Part shown: in pieces, positions 17,209 to 27,918 of the stretch | Layout: each line of letters begins with the position of its first letter | Position numbering within the stretch: the stretch's first letter is position 1 | DNA from: Escherichia phage vB_EcoP_PE007 | Reading direction: 5' to 3' (one strand) | Sequence record: OQ938542.1 | Length of the DNA stretch: 64,000 nt | Position numbers and translations under genes: made by a program | The notes under the pieces: generated by a model | Databases searched by the model: none | Told to the model about the DNA's origin: nothing | What the model saw: the letters and a program-made list of their open reading frames with translations, nothing else

Positions 17209-19776
17209 ATGTTAGTTGCAGATACCAACGAAATAGCTACCTCAGCGACACTGGGTAGCAAAGAAACAATTGCCTTTGGCATCTCTGATGACCCGGCATT
17301 CTTTCATGTATTAAGTACTTCCCTGTATAACAATCCTACTCTGGCAGTAGTCCGTGAGACTATCTGTAACAGTTGGGATGCTCATATTGAAGCAGGTAAG
17401 ACTGATACCCCTATTCGTATCACTATTGATACAGACAACTTTATTACCTTCCGAGACTACGGTAACGGCATTCCAGATGAACTCATTGGTTCCATTTATG
17501 GTGTCTATGGTGCATCTACTAAGAAGGCCAACAGTAGCGTTACTGGTGGCTTTGGCCTGGGATGTAAATCTCCATTCGCTTATACAGATAGCTTCCAGGT
17601 TACTTCATGGAACCAGGGAAAGATGTCGGTATATAACGTAGCTAAGGCTGCGATTGAGAATGATGGTAAGCCCGGTATTGTTCCTATTGTTACTGGTATT
17701 CCTACTGAGGAATCTGGCCTGGAAGTTAAATTCCAGTTAGGCAAACATGACGTAAATACCTTCGTGCATTACATCACATCAATCGTATTTAACGGTGAGA
17801 TTAAAGCTGAGCTTAGTATCCCTAAACTAGTTAAAACAGAAGCAGGCAATAGTATTCAACAGGGTGATTACACTTTATTGAATACGCTGGGTATGTCATT
17901 TGAACCTGGTTCATATGATATGTCTGATAGATGGTATCAAGGCTATATGGGTAGCAGTAACATATACGTTCGCTACGGTAATGTAATGTACCCAATTGTA
18001 TCCAGCCCAGCTAGTGAAGAAGCTGTAGACCTTATCCTCAACTTCATGAATATTATTGGTGCTTCTAATCTAGTAGTTCAGGCTGCACCAGACACTTTAG
18101 CTATTGCTCCTAGTCGTGAAACGCTGTCTAACCAGAAGTTAACCGACGATGGTATTACTACTCTATGTGTAGATTTAGTAGACCGTATGGAGAAAGAGAT
18201 TAAGGCTAAGATTCCTGAAGCTATTAAGCAAGTTGAAGAATATGCCTCTAAATCCTCTACTCGCTTTTGGGAATATCCATCTTTCCTACTTGCTGTTACA
18301 GACAGAACCGTCCAACGTTATATGTCCTCTAGCTTATGGGCTAAGCAACGTAAGCATCACATCAAACACTGGCGTAATCTATCCAATAAGGCTTTGTTAG
18401 CTCGCCCTGAGTATGCAGGTCTTAAGAAACTGTATGGCAAGGCTATGTGTGCTCTTAAGGATACTCGTGAAGAAAGTACATACTCTCCGTTCCAGGAATT
18501 AGTATATCGCCATCTACACTTACCACAGCTTGCTGCTTTGAAAACCTCTGGTATTAAGTGGTCTGGTTACATAATGAACCAAGGTAATCGTGTTGACCTG
18601 GTGAAGGGTAGACTTACTGACTACTTTAAGATGTATCATAACTCCCATCAGGGTATTGGCATATTTACTACCAAGAACGTTGTAGTTACTCGCCGTTTAT
18701 CTGATTGTGCAGACTCTTTTTCATACTTCCCTGAGTACAATCGAGGTGATCTGGAGCGTACAGCTTTTGTTCACGTCGTTGGTCCTAAGAAGGGTGCAGC
18801 AGAAGAAGCTGTAACTAAGTTCACTGCTATGGGTTATCGGGTAATTGACCTTACTCAATATAATGAGTGGGACAAACCAACTAACTTCCGCAGAGAACAA
18901 GCTAAGATAGCTGCCGAGAAACGGGCTAAGACAATAGCTGCCAATAAAACCAAAGCAACTAGTAAAACCAATGCTCTGATTTCATTGAATGCAGTTCTTG
19001 GTGCTACCCAGGTGCGGAATAAAAATGGAGATTGGGAACCCAAGCCGTATATTCAGAAAGAATTTGCTGACCCAAGTCGCCATGAAAAGTACGGTTTCGT
19101 TGAAGTAGAACAGCCTAAGTACTACGTACTAGCCAATCAGGTTGGTTCAGGTAACCCAGTAACTGCCAGTATTGGAACCATGTGGAAATGGTATGAGTTA
19201 TCCGATGAGATGAAAGCAGAGACTGTTGTCTGTCGTAATCAAATTGAAGCTAACAAGGCCAAACGACGTGGTGCTATCCACATTGATGATGTTCGCTTTA
19301 GTGAACTGATGTCTGTTATTACCAGTAAAGGATTCAAGAAATATGTTACTGAACATCGTATAGGTATTCTGGAATACGTAGGACTGGATGACAGAGAGTA
19401 TTGGGAAATCCTAGACATACTGGGTCTAACCTTCAAACCATTACAGAATCTGATTTTTAAACCAGAATATGAATGGGCATATGACTTTCTACGGAATCGA
19501 CCACACGACAACAAAGAAAAACTTGTTGAAATGGGTTGTATTAAGTCAGTGGATGACTTAGAGCCATATGCAATAATGACTAATCCGCGTAATCATAAGT
19601 ACTTTAAAATACTTAATGATTACAAAGAATTATTCAGTTATAGCTGGAATAAAAATGACATCCTACAGACGCTGGACTTAGGTAGTTTGGTCAAACACCT
19701 TAAGAAGAATCCAGAGGATATTCCTGGGTTTAAGTCCCTCTACCGTAATCGTCTAAATAAACTGAAAGGTAACTAA
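17209..19776 (+). CDS. rIIA: rIIA-like protein with N-terminal GHKL (HATPase_c-like) domain
   Basis: 855 aa; N-terminal ICNSWDAH...RDYGNGIP...GGFGLGCKS resembles GHKL ATPase motifs as in rIIA. Confidence 0.55.
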   Translation: MLVADTNEIATSATLGSKETIAFGISDDPAFFHVLSTSLYNNPTLAVVRETICNSWDAHIEAGKTDTPIRITIDTDNFITFRDYGNGIPDELIGSIYGVYGASTKKANSSVTGGFGLGCKSPFAYTDSFQVTSWNQGKMSVYNVAKAAIENDGKPGIVPIVTGIPTEESGLEVKFQLGKHDVNTFVHYITSIVFNGEIKAELSIPKLVKTEAGNSIQQGDYTLLNTLGMSFEPGSYDMSDRWYQGYMGSSNIYVRYGNVMYPIVSSPASEEAVDLILNFMNIIGASNLVVQAAPDTLAIAPSRETLSNQKLTDDGITTLCVDLVDRMEKEIKAKIPEAIKQVEEYASKSSTRFWEYPSFLLAVTDRTVQRYMSSSLWAKQRKHHIKHWRNLSNKALLARPEYAGLKKLYGKAMCALKDTREESTYSPFQELVYRHLHLPQLAALKTSGIKWSGYIMNQGNRVDLVKGRLTDYFKMYHNSHQGIGIFTTKNVVVTRRLSDCADSFSYFPEYNRGDLERTAFVHVVGPKKGAAEEAVTKFTAMGYRVIDLTQYNEWDKPTNFRREQAKIAAEKRAKTIAANKTKATSKTNALISLNAVLGATQVRNKNGDWEPKPYIQKEFADPSRHEKYGFVEVEQPKYYVLANQVGSGNPVTASIGTMWKWYELSDEMKAETVVCRNQIEANKAKRRGAIHIDDVRFSELMSVITSKGFKKYVTEHRIGILEYVGLDDREYWEILDILGLTFKPLQNLIFKPEYEWAYDFLRNRPHDNKEKLVEMGCIKSVDDLEPYAIMTNPRNHKYFKILNDYKELFSYSWNKNDILQTLDLGSLVKHLKKNPEDIPGFKSLYRNRLNKLKGN

Positions 19777-19780
19777 TCTG

Positions 19781-21829
19781 ATGAAAATCGAACTGATTTC
19801 TATCATCGCACTGGCAGTTGACAGTCGTAACCTTACATTGTGGAAGCCTGATGGCTCCACGATTGTATATCCTCAGAGCGACCCACGGGTTGCTCGTATT
19901 GTATCTGAAGCACAAACCAAGGGTCTGGGAACTACCAAAGACCAAATAGAAGTAAACATTGCACCGGAAGTAAACCTGCGTACTGAATATCTGGAAGCAG
20001 AGAAGAACACTAACGGATTCGTCCGTTTCTTCAAGGTAGCCAAAGCTAAGCTTAAAGATTTCTTCCAAGATGGTACGGGTACTCAACCTGACCGTATCAT
20101 TTCTGATATTAAGCTAGGCAATCCAACCAAAACATTAGTGTCTAAAGCTATGGATACATTCCTGGCTGTACAAGCTAATGAACCAGAAGTAACAGTATCT
20201 GACGGTTTCTACGACAGACGTGACAACCTAATGTGGGTTACTGGCTGGGATAAGGACCATAACCATCCTGCATTGGTTCGTTTTATTAACGATGTATTGT
20301 GTTGGGGCTATGCTCATACCGACCGTACTCTTGCACAGGAATGGCCTATTGCAATTCGTGCAGTATCCGATGATGAAATGTGTGAGTTTGCTAAACAAGC
20401 TAAACACATCAAAGGGGTACACATTGTATTCACCAGTCGTGATGTAACACCATTTCCTTACGTAGAAGTAGCTAAAACTACGAACCAGGACAAACTGGCT
20501 GCTGCTTCTGAAAAGTTAGCTGCATTGGGAGCTATCAGTACCGATGATGCTAACTTCCACACTGAAGTGAAGGAGGATGAAGTGGTTGTTGCTGTTACCA
20601 ACAATGGGGTTATCCCTGGAGTTGAGAACCTGCATCGTCACTTACGTCAGTCTGCCAAGCTGAAAGACTACAAGGGCTTTACTAAGTTCCTTGAACGCCT
20701 GGCTCCGGTTATTAAAGACCGTCTGCACTCAGTAGAAGACCTGATGAAGTTCATGGAAACTGCTGAATTACCTATTGCCGATGATGGTTCAATCCTGTTC
20801 CTTAAACGCCTTAAGTCTAGTGGTATAGAAAATGGTAAACGTGTATTCGTTGACTGTCACTCAGGTAACATTCGTCAATGGGTAGGCTGTAAAGTGCAGG
20901 TACGTGAAGACCTGGTAGACCCTGACCGTCGTCAGGATTGTTCTAACGGTCTGCACGTAGCATCCATGAGCTATCTACGTGGCTTCGGTGGTAACGTAAC
21001 TATCCTTGGTAAAGTAGCACCGGAAGATGTATTTGCTGTTCCTGAGTACAGCACTAATAAGATGCGTGTATCTGCGTATCACATTATTGCTGAACTACCG
21101 GAAGAGGAACGTAATAACGTTAACAATGGTATCTACCTGTCTAAGACAGAAGTAGGTAAGAAGTTGCTTAATGATGCCATCGTTGGGAACCATAGCTCAC
21201 CTACCACACTTATTATGGTTGGGGGTCATTATGGTACTAACCTCAAATACACTAATCTCACATCTGGTTCTGTAGAACAATTCCGTACAGTTGCTAGCAA
21301 AGAAGCACTGAACATGGAAGAGTCACTGAATGAAGCTGTAGCTGCTGAACCAGTGAAGGCTACTGACCTTAAACCTGTTATTAAGAAGGCTCCTACTGTG
21401 AAAGAACAAATCCAGGAACTGGTCAAAGAGTTCCTTACTGCAACAACCCCAGAAGATAAGTTAGCTGCTGCTGACCTTCTGGTAGAACTGCGTGGTAAAG
21501 CTCGTAAGCCTTGGGCTGCATTCGATGTGGGTAATGATGTAGTAGCTAAGATTGCTGATGTACGTGCTACCTATACAGCTAAGCCTATTGGTAAACCTAA
21601 AGCTGTTAAGCAGGATAAGACAGTTAAACCTACTAAATCTAAGCCTGCTATTAATAGTACTAATGCCAACATCATCAGAGGTTATCTAGCAGATAGTGGT
21701 ATGTCTGATTATCAGAAAGCCCACTCCATTCATGACCTGAAACGTGCAGCTAAGAAGTCTTATGCTGCTATGGGTCTTACTGAAGAAGAGTGCAAAGCCA
21801 TTGATAAGCTGAAGCACCACCTTAAGTAA
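19781..21829 (+). CDS. rIIB: rIIB-like protein
   Basis: 682 aa immediately downstream of rIIA-like gene; call by synteny. Confidence 0.4.
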   Translation: MKIELISIIALAVDSRNLTLWKPDGSTIVYPQSDPRVARIVSEAQTKGLGTTKDQIEVNIAPEVNLRTEYLEAEKNTNGFVRFFKVAKAKLKDFFQDGTGTQPDRIISDIKLGNPTKTLVSKAMDTFLAVQANEPEVTVSDGFYDRRDNLMWVTGWDKDHNHPALVRFINDVLCWGYAHTDRTLAQEWPIAIRAVSDDEMCEFAKQAKHIKGVHIVFTSRDVTPFPYVEVAKTTNQDKLAAASEKLAALGAISTDDANFHTEVKEDEVVVAVTNNGVIPGVENLHRHLRQSAKLKDYKGFTKFLERLAPVIKDRLHSVEDLMKFMETAELPIADDGSILFLKRLKSSGIENGKRVFVDCHSGNIRQWVGCKVQVREDLVDPDRRQDCSNGLHVASMSYLRGFGGNVTILGKVAPEDVFAVPEYSTNKMRVSAYHIIAELPEEERNNVNNGIYLSKTEVGKKLLNDAIVGNHSSPTTLIMVGGHYGTNLKYTNLTSGSVEQFRTVASKEALNMEESLNEAVAAEPVKATDLKPVIKKAPTVKEQIQELVKEFLTATTPEDKLAAADLLVELRGKARKPWAAFDVGNDVVAKIADVRATYTAKPIGKPKAVKQDKTVKPTKSKPAINSTNANIIRGYLADSGMSDYQKAHSIHDLKRAAKKSYAAMGLTEEECKAIDKLKHHLK

Positions 21830-21841
21830 TAGCCTGTTCAA

Positions 21842-21875
21842 ATAGCCTCACTTATAATAAAGTGAGGCTATCTTT
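21842..21875 (+). terminator. stem-loop terminator
   Basis: 12-bp stem atagcctcactt/aagtgaggctat with 6-nt loop. Confidence 0.55.
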
Positions 21876-21891
21876 GAAGAGGAAATAAGCT

Positions 21892-22287
21892 ATGTCTAAA
21901 ATATTCAGAAGTAATCGCAAAGCAACTGATGAAGACATCATTCGTATGAATGCTGTTGGTCTGTCCCTCGCAACTATCGCTAAGACGTTGGGGGTTCACC
22001 CCACTACGGTTACTTTGCGATTGCGTTCTCTAAACATTGAACCAGCCGACACACGTCGGACGTTCATGGAAAACGTATTACGACCTTTACCAACCCATGT
22101 GGCTGATTGGCTGTCAGAACAAGTTGGTCCTGCTTATGAGATTCGCTCATATGTAAGAGACTTGATTCTGGAAGCGTATAATAATCGCCACCTTAACCAA
22201 GAGAGTGAGCATGACAAGTTCATCCGTTTGTACGCTGGCAAATACGGAAGCCTGGTTCCGGAAAGCAGTACCAAATCCGACAAGTAA
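21892..22287 (+). CDS. HTH DNA-binding protein
   Basis: 131 aa; VGLSLATIAKTLGVHPTTV helix-turn-helix-like segment. Confidence 0.45.
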   Translation: MSKIFRSNRKATDEDIIRMNAVGLSLATIAKTLGVHPTTVTLRLRSLNIEPADTRRTFMENVLRPLPTHVADWLSEQVGPAYEIRSYVRDLILEAYNNRHLNQESEHDKFIRLYAGKYGSLVPESSTKSDK

Positions 22288-22303
22288 GAACATTAGTACC
22301 CAG

Positions 22304-22666
22304 ATGGGTTGCCATCTGGAAGAAGTAGAAGAAATGCTTCAGACCATTTATCCAAATGGTAGTTACGATGCAGAATTACTGCAACGTGCACAGGATGCTC
22401 TTACAAACCTGGCAAACCATATGAAACGTAATGACGATGCTTATCGCATTGATGCTAGTACCAACCTGCTGGATGCACTGGCAGACCAGATTGTTACAGC
22501 AACTGGCGTCGGTACTTTCCTTGGGATGAATGTCCCTGGAGCATTGGCTGAAGTCAATCGCTCAAACTATTCTAAGTTTGAAGATGGTGAACCTGTCTTC
22601 AATGAGAATAAGAAAGTTATGAAAGGGAAAGACTACACTCCCCCGGATTTAAGCCCTTACATCTAA
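22304..22666 (+). CDS. hypothetical protein, possibly MazG-like NTP pyrophosphohydrolase
   Basis: ATG 22304 in frame of ORF 22205-22666; helical acidic protein; assignment tentative. Confidence 0.3.
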   Translation: MGCHLEEVEEMLQTIYPNGSYDAELLQRAQDALTNLANHMKRNDDAYRIDASTNLLDALADQIVTATGVGTFLGMNVPGALAEVNRSNYSKFEDGEPVFNENKKVMKGKDYTPPDLSPYI

Positions 22667-22687
22667 CCCTCTACGGAGGGTTTTTTA
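22665..22687 (+). terminator. intrinsic terminator
   Basis: aaccctc-tacg-gagggtt plus tttttt. Confidence 0.7.
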
Positions 22688-22699
22688 CTGGAGATTTTA

Positions 22700-24010
22700 A
22701 TGTTTTCCAAACCTACCAAAGCCCCACTGAACAAGGGGCAAGAAGCGGTTGCGAAGGAGTTCTTCGACTTCCTGCTCAACCCTAATGCTACCGAATTCAA
22801 TATTAGTGGCCCTGGGGGAACTGGCAAGACATTCCTGATGTCGCACCTCATTGATGACACTATGCCTGCATATATGGAAACTTGCTCCCTTATGGGAACC
22901 AAGCCCCTGTATAACGAAGTTGTTATGACTGCGACCACGAACAAGGCTGCTGAAGTTCTGGCTCAGGCTACTGGACGTCCAACATCTACCTATCATTCCT
23001 TCCAGGGACTGATTGTTAAGAATGACTTTAAGACCGGTGAGGCTAATGTCGTACCGTCTAAATCATTCAATATTAAGAAGAACAAAATCATCTTCGTAGA
23101 TGAAGCATCCATGATTGACCGTCAGTTACTTAAATATGCTCGTGAAGGTACTCACCAGTGCAAACTGGTATTCGTAGGCGATGCTTCTCAGCTTCTGCCT
23201 GTTAAAGAGAATAAGTCTCCCGTGTATGCAGGTAATATCCCAACACACTATCTGACTGAACAGATGCGTACCGATGCACCGGAACTAAAAGCATTGCACC
23301 AGCAATTGCGTGATACGGTAGAAGGTAAGACAGGTTTCCTGCCTATTAAGTGTATTCCAGGCATTATTGACTGGGTACAGGGAGAAGAGATGGAGAAACT
23401 GGTTCTCAGTCACTTCACTCAACCCACCAACAGCCGTATTGTTGCTTACACAAATGACCAGGTTATTAATTACAATAACTACATTCGTGAAGCCAATGGT
23501 TACGTGGGTGAGTACTCCATCGGTGAACAGTTAGTTTCTAACTCTGCTGTTCGCTTAGGTGTGGAAGACCGTCTGTCTATCGAGCAAGACGTAAAACTCA
23601 TCGACCAGGATAGCAGTACTCGCATGATTCAGGTTACAGGTGACCTGGAACTGGAAGTCCGTGATAGTACTCTGGACCTTGGCTATGGTGGTATTGTAAG
23701 TGAAGTCCCAGTACCTACCGACCCAGAATACTTCAACCGTTTGGTTAAGTGGCTAGGTAAGGAGAAGAACTGGGAACCTTACTTCCGTCTTAAAGAAACC
23801 ATTCCAGACCTACGTGCTACTCATGCATGTACTGTCCATAAATCACAAGGCTCTACTTACGACACAATCTTCATTGATGCAGATGACCTCTCAAGCTGTC
23901 GCCAACCGGATATGGTTGCTCGTCTGCTTTACGTCGCTGTGTCTCGTGCCCGTAAGCGAGTAGTGTTTTATGGCAATCTTGCCAGTAAGTATGGTGGTCT
24001 AACTTTCTAA
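22700..24010 (+). CDS. SF1 DNA helicase (Dda/RecD-like)
   Basis: 436 aa; Walker A GPGGTGKT, Walker B IIFVDEASMID, C-terminal VHKSQGSTYD...VAVSRARK. Confidence 0.7.
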   Translation: MFSKPTKAPLNKGQEAVAKEFFDFLLNPNATEFNISGPGGTGKTFLMSHLIDDTMPAYMETCSLMGTKPLYNEVVMTATTNKAAEVLAQATGRPTSTYHSFQGLIVKNDFKTGEANVVPSKSFNIKKNKIIFVDEASMIDRQLLKYAREGTHQCKLVFVGDASQLLPVKENKSPVYAGNIPTHYLTEQMRTDAPELKALHQQLRDTVEGKTGFLPIKCIPGIIDWVQGEEMEKLVLSHFTQPTNSRIVAYTNDQVINYNNYIREANGYVGEYSIGEQLVSNSAVRLGVEDRLSIEQDVKLIDQDSSTRMIQVTGDLELEVRDSTLDLGYGGIVSEVPVPTDPEYFNRLVKWLGKEKNWEPYFRLKETIPDLRATHACTVHKSQGSTYDTIFIDADDLSSCRQPDMVARLLYVAVSRARKRVVFYGNLASKYGGLTF

Positions 24011-24020
24011 GGGAGGATAT

Positions 24021-24551
24021 ATGCCTCAGATTGGTTCAGCGACTATTGGTCAGGTTGCCAATAGCAGTGAGATAGTCAAACACCTGTTCTTAGCAGAACT
24101 GGTTCGTCTTGATAATGTGTTAAACGGTATCATTGATAAGAACGACCGTATCAATGGTATTGATGTATCGGCTGGATTCCTTTATCAAGGGGAGTTCTAT
24201 CAGCGTTCTAATGCTTCCAGACCTCCGACCTACGGTGAGCGATTAACGCTTAATCCAGAACTTTGGCCTGCAATGGACAAGTATCTGAAAGCCTCCAGTC
24301 GTCTGATTATGGAAGTACACCTAGTGAACCAGACTGTTTATCGCCTGGTTCGTGGTTGTATGTCTTATCAGGATGTACGTGATGCTTTGCCTGAATGCCT
24401 GGTAGCCCAGGACCAGACTGGTAAGTACAAGGAACTACCACGTACTCGTGAAGCAGCCTGGACACTTGCTGGTGATCCTATGGCAATAAAACAGTATGAG
24501 AAGATTCTTCCCTCTATTGAGTACTATGCAGCTTCTCATCTGATTTTCTAG
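24021..24551 (+). CDS. hypothetical protein
   Basis: 176-aa ORF. Confidence 0.5.
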   Translation: MPQIGSATIGQVANSSEIVKHLFLAELVRLDNVLNGIIDKNDRINGIDVSAGFLYQGEFYQRSNASRPPTYGERLTLNPELWPAMDKYLKASSRLIMEVHLVNQTVYRLVRGCMSYQDVRDALPECLVAQDQTGKYKELPRTREAAWTLAGDPMAIKQYEKILPSIEYYAASHLIF

Positions 24552-24560
24552 GGTAAAGCT

Positions 24561-27140
24561 ATGCGTTACATCACCTCTCAAGATACGGGTAAGTATCCTA
24601 TTGCTATCCTCGGTCATCAAATCCGAAGGGAGGAGATGATTAAAACCTACCTGCTGCCTAATGACCTAAGCATGGAAGATTTTATCTTCATTGAACTTCA
24701 TTCTGCCCCTGGCAAGAAGAAGACTCCTGCAAGGGAAATTAAAGAGTTCATACAGCAGGAACTGCAACAGGTACTGGATGATGCAGAAACTCAATACATT
24801 ATCTGTACCGATTCTGATTACTTCAAAATACTGACTAAAGAAGCTAAAGCAGAGGCTAATCTCGGCTATGTTTGTGATTCAGTATGGGGTAAGCAGAAGG
24901 TTATCTATGCACCTAGCTACAGGCAGGTCTTTTACGATCCTCCTGTAGTGAAAGCCAAGATTGCTCAGGGTATGGATGCATTACTTAACCACATACGTGG
25001 ACAGTATGCTGAACCAGGACAAGGAATTATTGAATTTGAAGCCTATCCAGATACTCCAGAGAAGATTAAAGCCTGGCTAGACCAGTTGCTTGAGATGAAT
25101 AAGCCACTGGCTATAGACATCGAAGCATTCGGTTTAAAGCACTATAACGCCGGTATAGGGACAATTACATTCTGTTGGAGTAAGACACAAGGCATAGCCT
25201 TTAATGTGGACTACGAGCCAATTCCTGGGGCTACTGAAGCACCTTACGGGCGTATCAACAGAAATGGTGTTGTTCGAAATCTTCTGCGTGAGTTCTTCAT
25301 TAAGTACACTCAACGGCAGATGTATCACAACATTAGCTATGACGTGTATGTGCTTATCTATCAGTTATTCATGGATAACCTGATTGATACAGAAGGCTTA
25401 CTGCATGGCATGGAAATCATGCTACGTAACTGGGATTGCACTAAGTTAATCACCTACTTAGCTACTAACAGTTGTGCAGGTAATCACCTTAGTCTGAAAG
25501 ACCAGGCTCAGGAATATGCTGGTAACTATGCTCAGGATGACATTAAAGACATTCGTCTTATTCCTAATGAGCAATTGTTACGCTACAACCTCATTGATGG
25601 TTTGTGTACGTGGTACACCTACGAGAAGCACTGGGATACTCTTATTGCTGATGACCAACTGGATGTTTACAACAACATCTTTAAGCCAGCCTGTGAAGAT
25701 ATTATTCAGATGCAGTTAACCGGTATGCCCATAAATATGGAAACCGTTAACCAGGTAGCTAAGGAGATGGAAACTGACAGGAACCAGGCTCTGAAAACTA
25801 TTCGTGAGTCCAAGCTCATGAAGAATTTCACCATGATGCTTCGTCAGGAATGGGTAGATGATAAGAATGCTAAGCTCAAGAAGAAACAAGTAACACTTGC
25901 TGATTGTGACATCGAGTTTAACCCTAACTCAGGTCCACAATTACAGAAGCTGTTATTTGATTATATTGGCTTACCGGTACTTGGTCTTACTAAGAGCAAG
26001 CAACCTGCTACTGATGGTGACACCATTAAAGCACTGCGTACGCATACGCAGAGTGAAGATGTTAAGGAACTGCTCAATGCACTTATCGACTATAAGCTCG
26101 TGGATAAGATTATCACTTCATTCATCCCGGATTTCCGTAATGCACAACCTGGGCCAGATGGATGGCACTACCTATTCGGCAACCTCAATCTGGGGGGAAC
26201 GGTTTCTGGTAGATTATCTGCCTCTGAGCCAAACCTGCAAACCATTCCGTCTGGTTCCAAATACGCCAAGAAGATTAAGAAATGCTTCGAAGCACCACCG
26301 GGTTGGATCTTTTGTGGACTGGACTTTGCAAGCCTTGAAGACCGTATCTCAGCTTTAACTACCAAAGACCCTCAGAAGCTTAAGGTATATACCGATGGCT
26401 ATGATGGTCATAGTCTCCGTGCATATGCTTACTTCGGTGAGCAGATGCCAGACATAGAAGACACAGTAGAATCTATTAACTCCATTCAGCATAAGTACAA
26501 ATCATTGCGTAGTGACTCGAAGGCTCCAACCTTCTTGCTTACCTATGGTGGTACGTATATGGGCTTAATGAAAAACTGTGGCTTCTCAGAAGAAAAGGCT
26601 AAGACTACAGAGAAACGTTATCACGACCTCTATGTAGTTAGCGATATGTGGGTTCAGGCTAAACTAGACGAAGCTGCCAAAACTGGTTATGTTACTGCCG
26701 CATTCGGTTTGAGAGTGCGTACTCCTTTACTGGCTCAAGTATTACGTGGGACATGTAAGACTCCGTATGAAGCAGAAGCAGAAGGCAGAACTGCTGGTAA
26801 TGCTTTAGGGCAAAGCTGGTGTCTACTGAATAACCGTGCTGGTTCAGAATTTATGCGTAAAGTCAGAGCCAGTGAGTTCAGGTTAGATATTCGTCCTAGT
26901 ATTCATATTCATGATGCTCAGTACTTCATGATTCGTGACAACATGGATACCTTGCAATTCACGAACAAGCACTTGGTTGAAGCCGTTAACTGGCAAGACC
27001 ATCCTGATATTGCTCATCCAGAAGTTGGTTTGGGTGGGGAACTATCCTTGTTTTACCCAACGTGGGCTAACGAGATTGAAATTCCAAATCACGCTACCCC
27101 AGAAGAAGTTCATCAAATAATTCAAAAGGCATTCGCATGA
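24561..27140 (+). CDS. family A DNA polymerase with 3'-5' exonuclease domain
   Basis: 859 aa; exo motif LAIDIEAFGL; pol motifs CGLDFASLEDRISA, KAPTFLLTYGGTYMGL, IHIHDAQYF. Confidence 0.75.
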   Translation: MRYITSQDTGKYPIAILGHQIRREEMIKTYLLPNDLSMEDFIFIELHSAPGKKKTPAREIKEFIQQELQQVLDDAETQYIICTDSDYFKILTKEAKAEANLGYVCDSVWGKQKVIYAPSYRQVFYDPPVVKAKIAQGMDALLNHIRGQYAEPGQGIIEFEAYPDTPEKIKAWLDQLLEMNKPLAIDIEAFGLKHYNAGIGTITFCWSKTQGIAFNVDYEPIPGATEAPYGRINRNGVVRNLLREFFIKYTQRQMYHNISYDVYVLIYQLFMDNLIDTEGLLHGMEIMLRNWDCTKLITYLATNSCAGNHLSLKDQAQEYAGNYAQDDIKDIRLIPNEQLLRYNLIDGLCTWYTYEKHWDTLIADDQLDVYNNIFKPACEDIIQMQLTGMPINMETVNQVAKEMETDRNQALKTIRESKLMKNFTMMLRQEWVDDKNAKLKKKQVTLADCDIEFNPNSGPQLQKLLFDYIGLPVLGLTKSKQPATDGDTIKALRTHTQSEDVKELLNALIDYKLVDKIITSFIPDFRNAQPGPDGWHYLFGNLNLGGTVSGRLSASEPNLQTIPSGSKYAKKIKKCFEAPPGWIFCGLDFASLEDRISALTTKDPQKLKVYTDGYDGHSLRAYAYFGEQMPDIEDTVESINSIQHKYKSLRSDSKAPTFLLTYGGTYMGLMKNCGFSEEKAKTTEKRYHDLYVVSDMWVQAKLDEAAKTGYVTAAFGLRVRTPLLAQVLRGTCKTPYEAEAEGRTAGNALGQSWCLLNNRAGSEFMRKVRASEFRLDIRPSIHIHDAQYFMIRDNMDTLQFTNKHLVEAVNWQDHPDIAHPEVGLGGELSLFYPTWANEIEIPNHATPEEVHQIIQKAFA

Positions 27141-27442
27141 CAAAAAGTACTAAAGAAACCGTAGTCAGAAAATATCATTGGATGGTAGCAGCACAGGTAG
27201 TCTTCCAGCTTCCTAAAGTGGATGATGGTTCCCTGCTTACCATGAACACAATGTTGCTCACTGATGAACCTTATGTGACCTATAAAGATTTGGCTCGTGC
27301 CAATCATTCCCTGAAGATTAGTCTGGACCAGCGTTTCGACACTTCGGTTGACTTGAAGGACATTGTTTACCTGTCTCTTAGCAATCTGGGTCTGATGTCT
27401 GAACCAGAGTTCCAGGCAAACATGATTCCTAAGGAGAAATAA
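27137..27442 (+). CDS. hypothetical protein
   Basis: 101-aa ORF. Confidence 0.5.
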   Translation: MTKSTKETVVRKYHWMVAAQVVFQLPKVDDGSLLTMNTMLLTDEPYVTYKDLARANHSLKISLDQRFDTSVDLKDIVYLSLSNLGLMSEPEFQANMIPKEK

Positions 27443-27918
27443 TGGCTAAGCTCTCCGGTGGATTGAATAACTGGTATGTAGTACCAGTTAAGAACCCTCA
27501 ACGGAAAGAGCAAGAGCCATATCAAGCAGAGTGTGAGGATATTATCCAAGCACTGGGCATGACCTTCGATGAGGGTTGTGCCTTTAAAGCTCTGTGGCGA
27601 AATGCTGCTGCCCGTATGGGTAATGGTAAACCTGGAAACACTGCTGTTTACGATGCAGAGAAGCTGGTTCATTATGCTAATCGTATTCTTGCTAAGGAGA
27701 AGTTAGCTAGTGAGTTATTTCCGGATCCTGCTACGAATGTAAATACCGTTGGTAGTTATTGGCACCATACAAACAATGGTAAACCTCACTTCACTAAAGA
27801 ATTTTCATTCATTGAGATTGTTTATAAAGATGAACGAGATGAAATTTACTCGTATAACTTCAATCAGCTAAGTGAAATTAAGTGGAACTGGGTTCACAGA
27901 TACAGGATTACTTACTAA
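27442..27918 (+). CDS. hypothetical protein, N-terminal DUF3310-like region
   Basis: 158 aa; CAFKALWRNAAARMGNGK...DAEKLVHYANRIL pattern recalled for DUF3310. Confidence 0.4.
   Translation: MAKLSGGLNNWYVVPVKNPQRKEQEPYQAECEDIIQALGMTFDEGCAFKALWRNAAARMGNGKPGNTAVYDAEKLVHYANRILAKEKLASELFPDPATNVNTVGSYWHHTNNGKPHFTKEFSFIEIVYKDERDEIYSYNFNQLSEIKWNWVHRYRITY

Noticed and set aside
25516-26365. Alternate-frame ORFs within the DNA polymerase gene (25516-25719, 25897-26358, 26168-26365)
   Set aside because: The polymerase frame carries recognisable exo and pol motifs throughout; no evidence of frameshift or intein.
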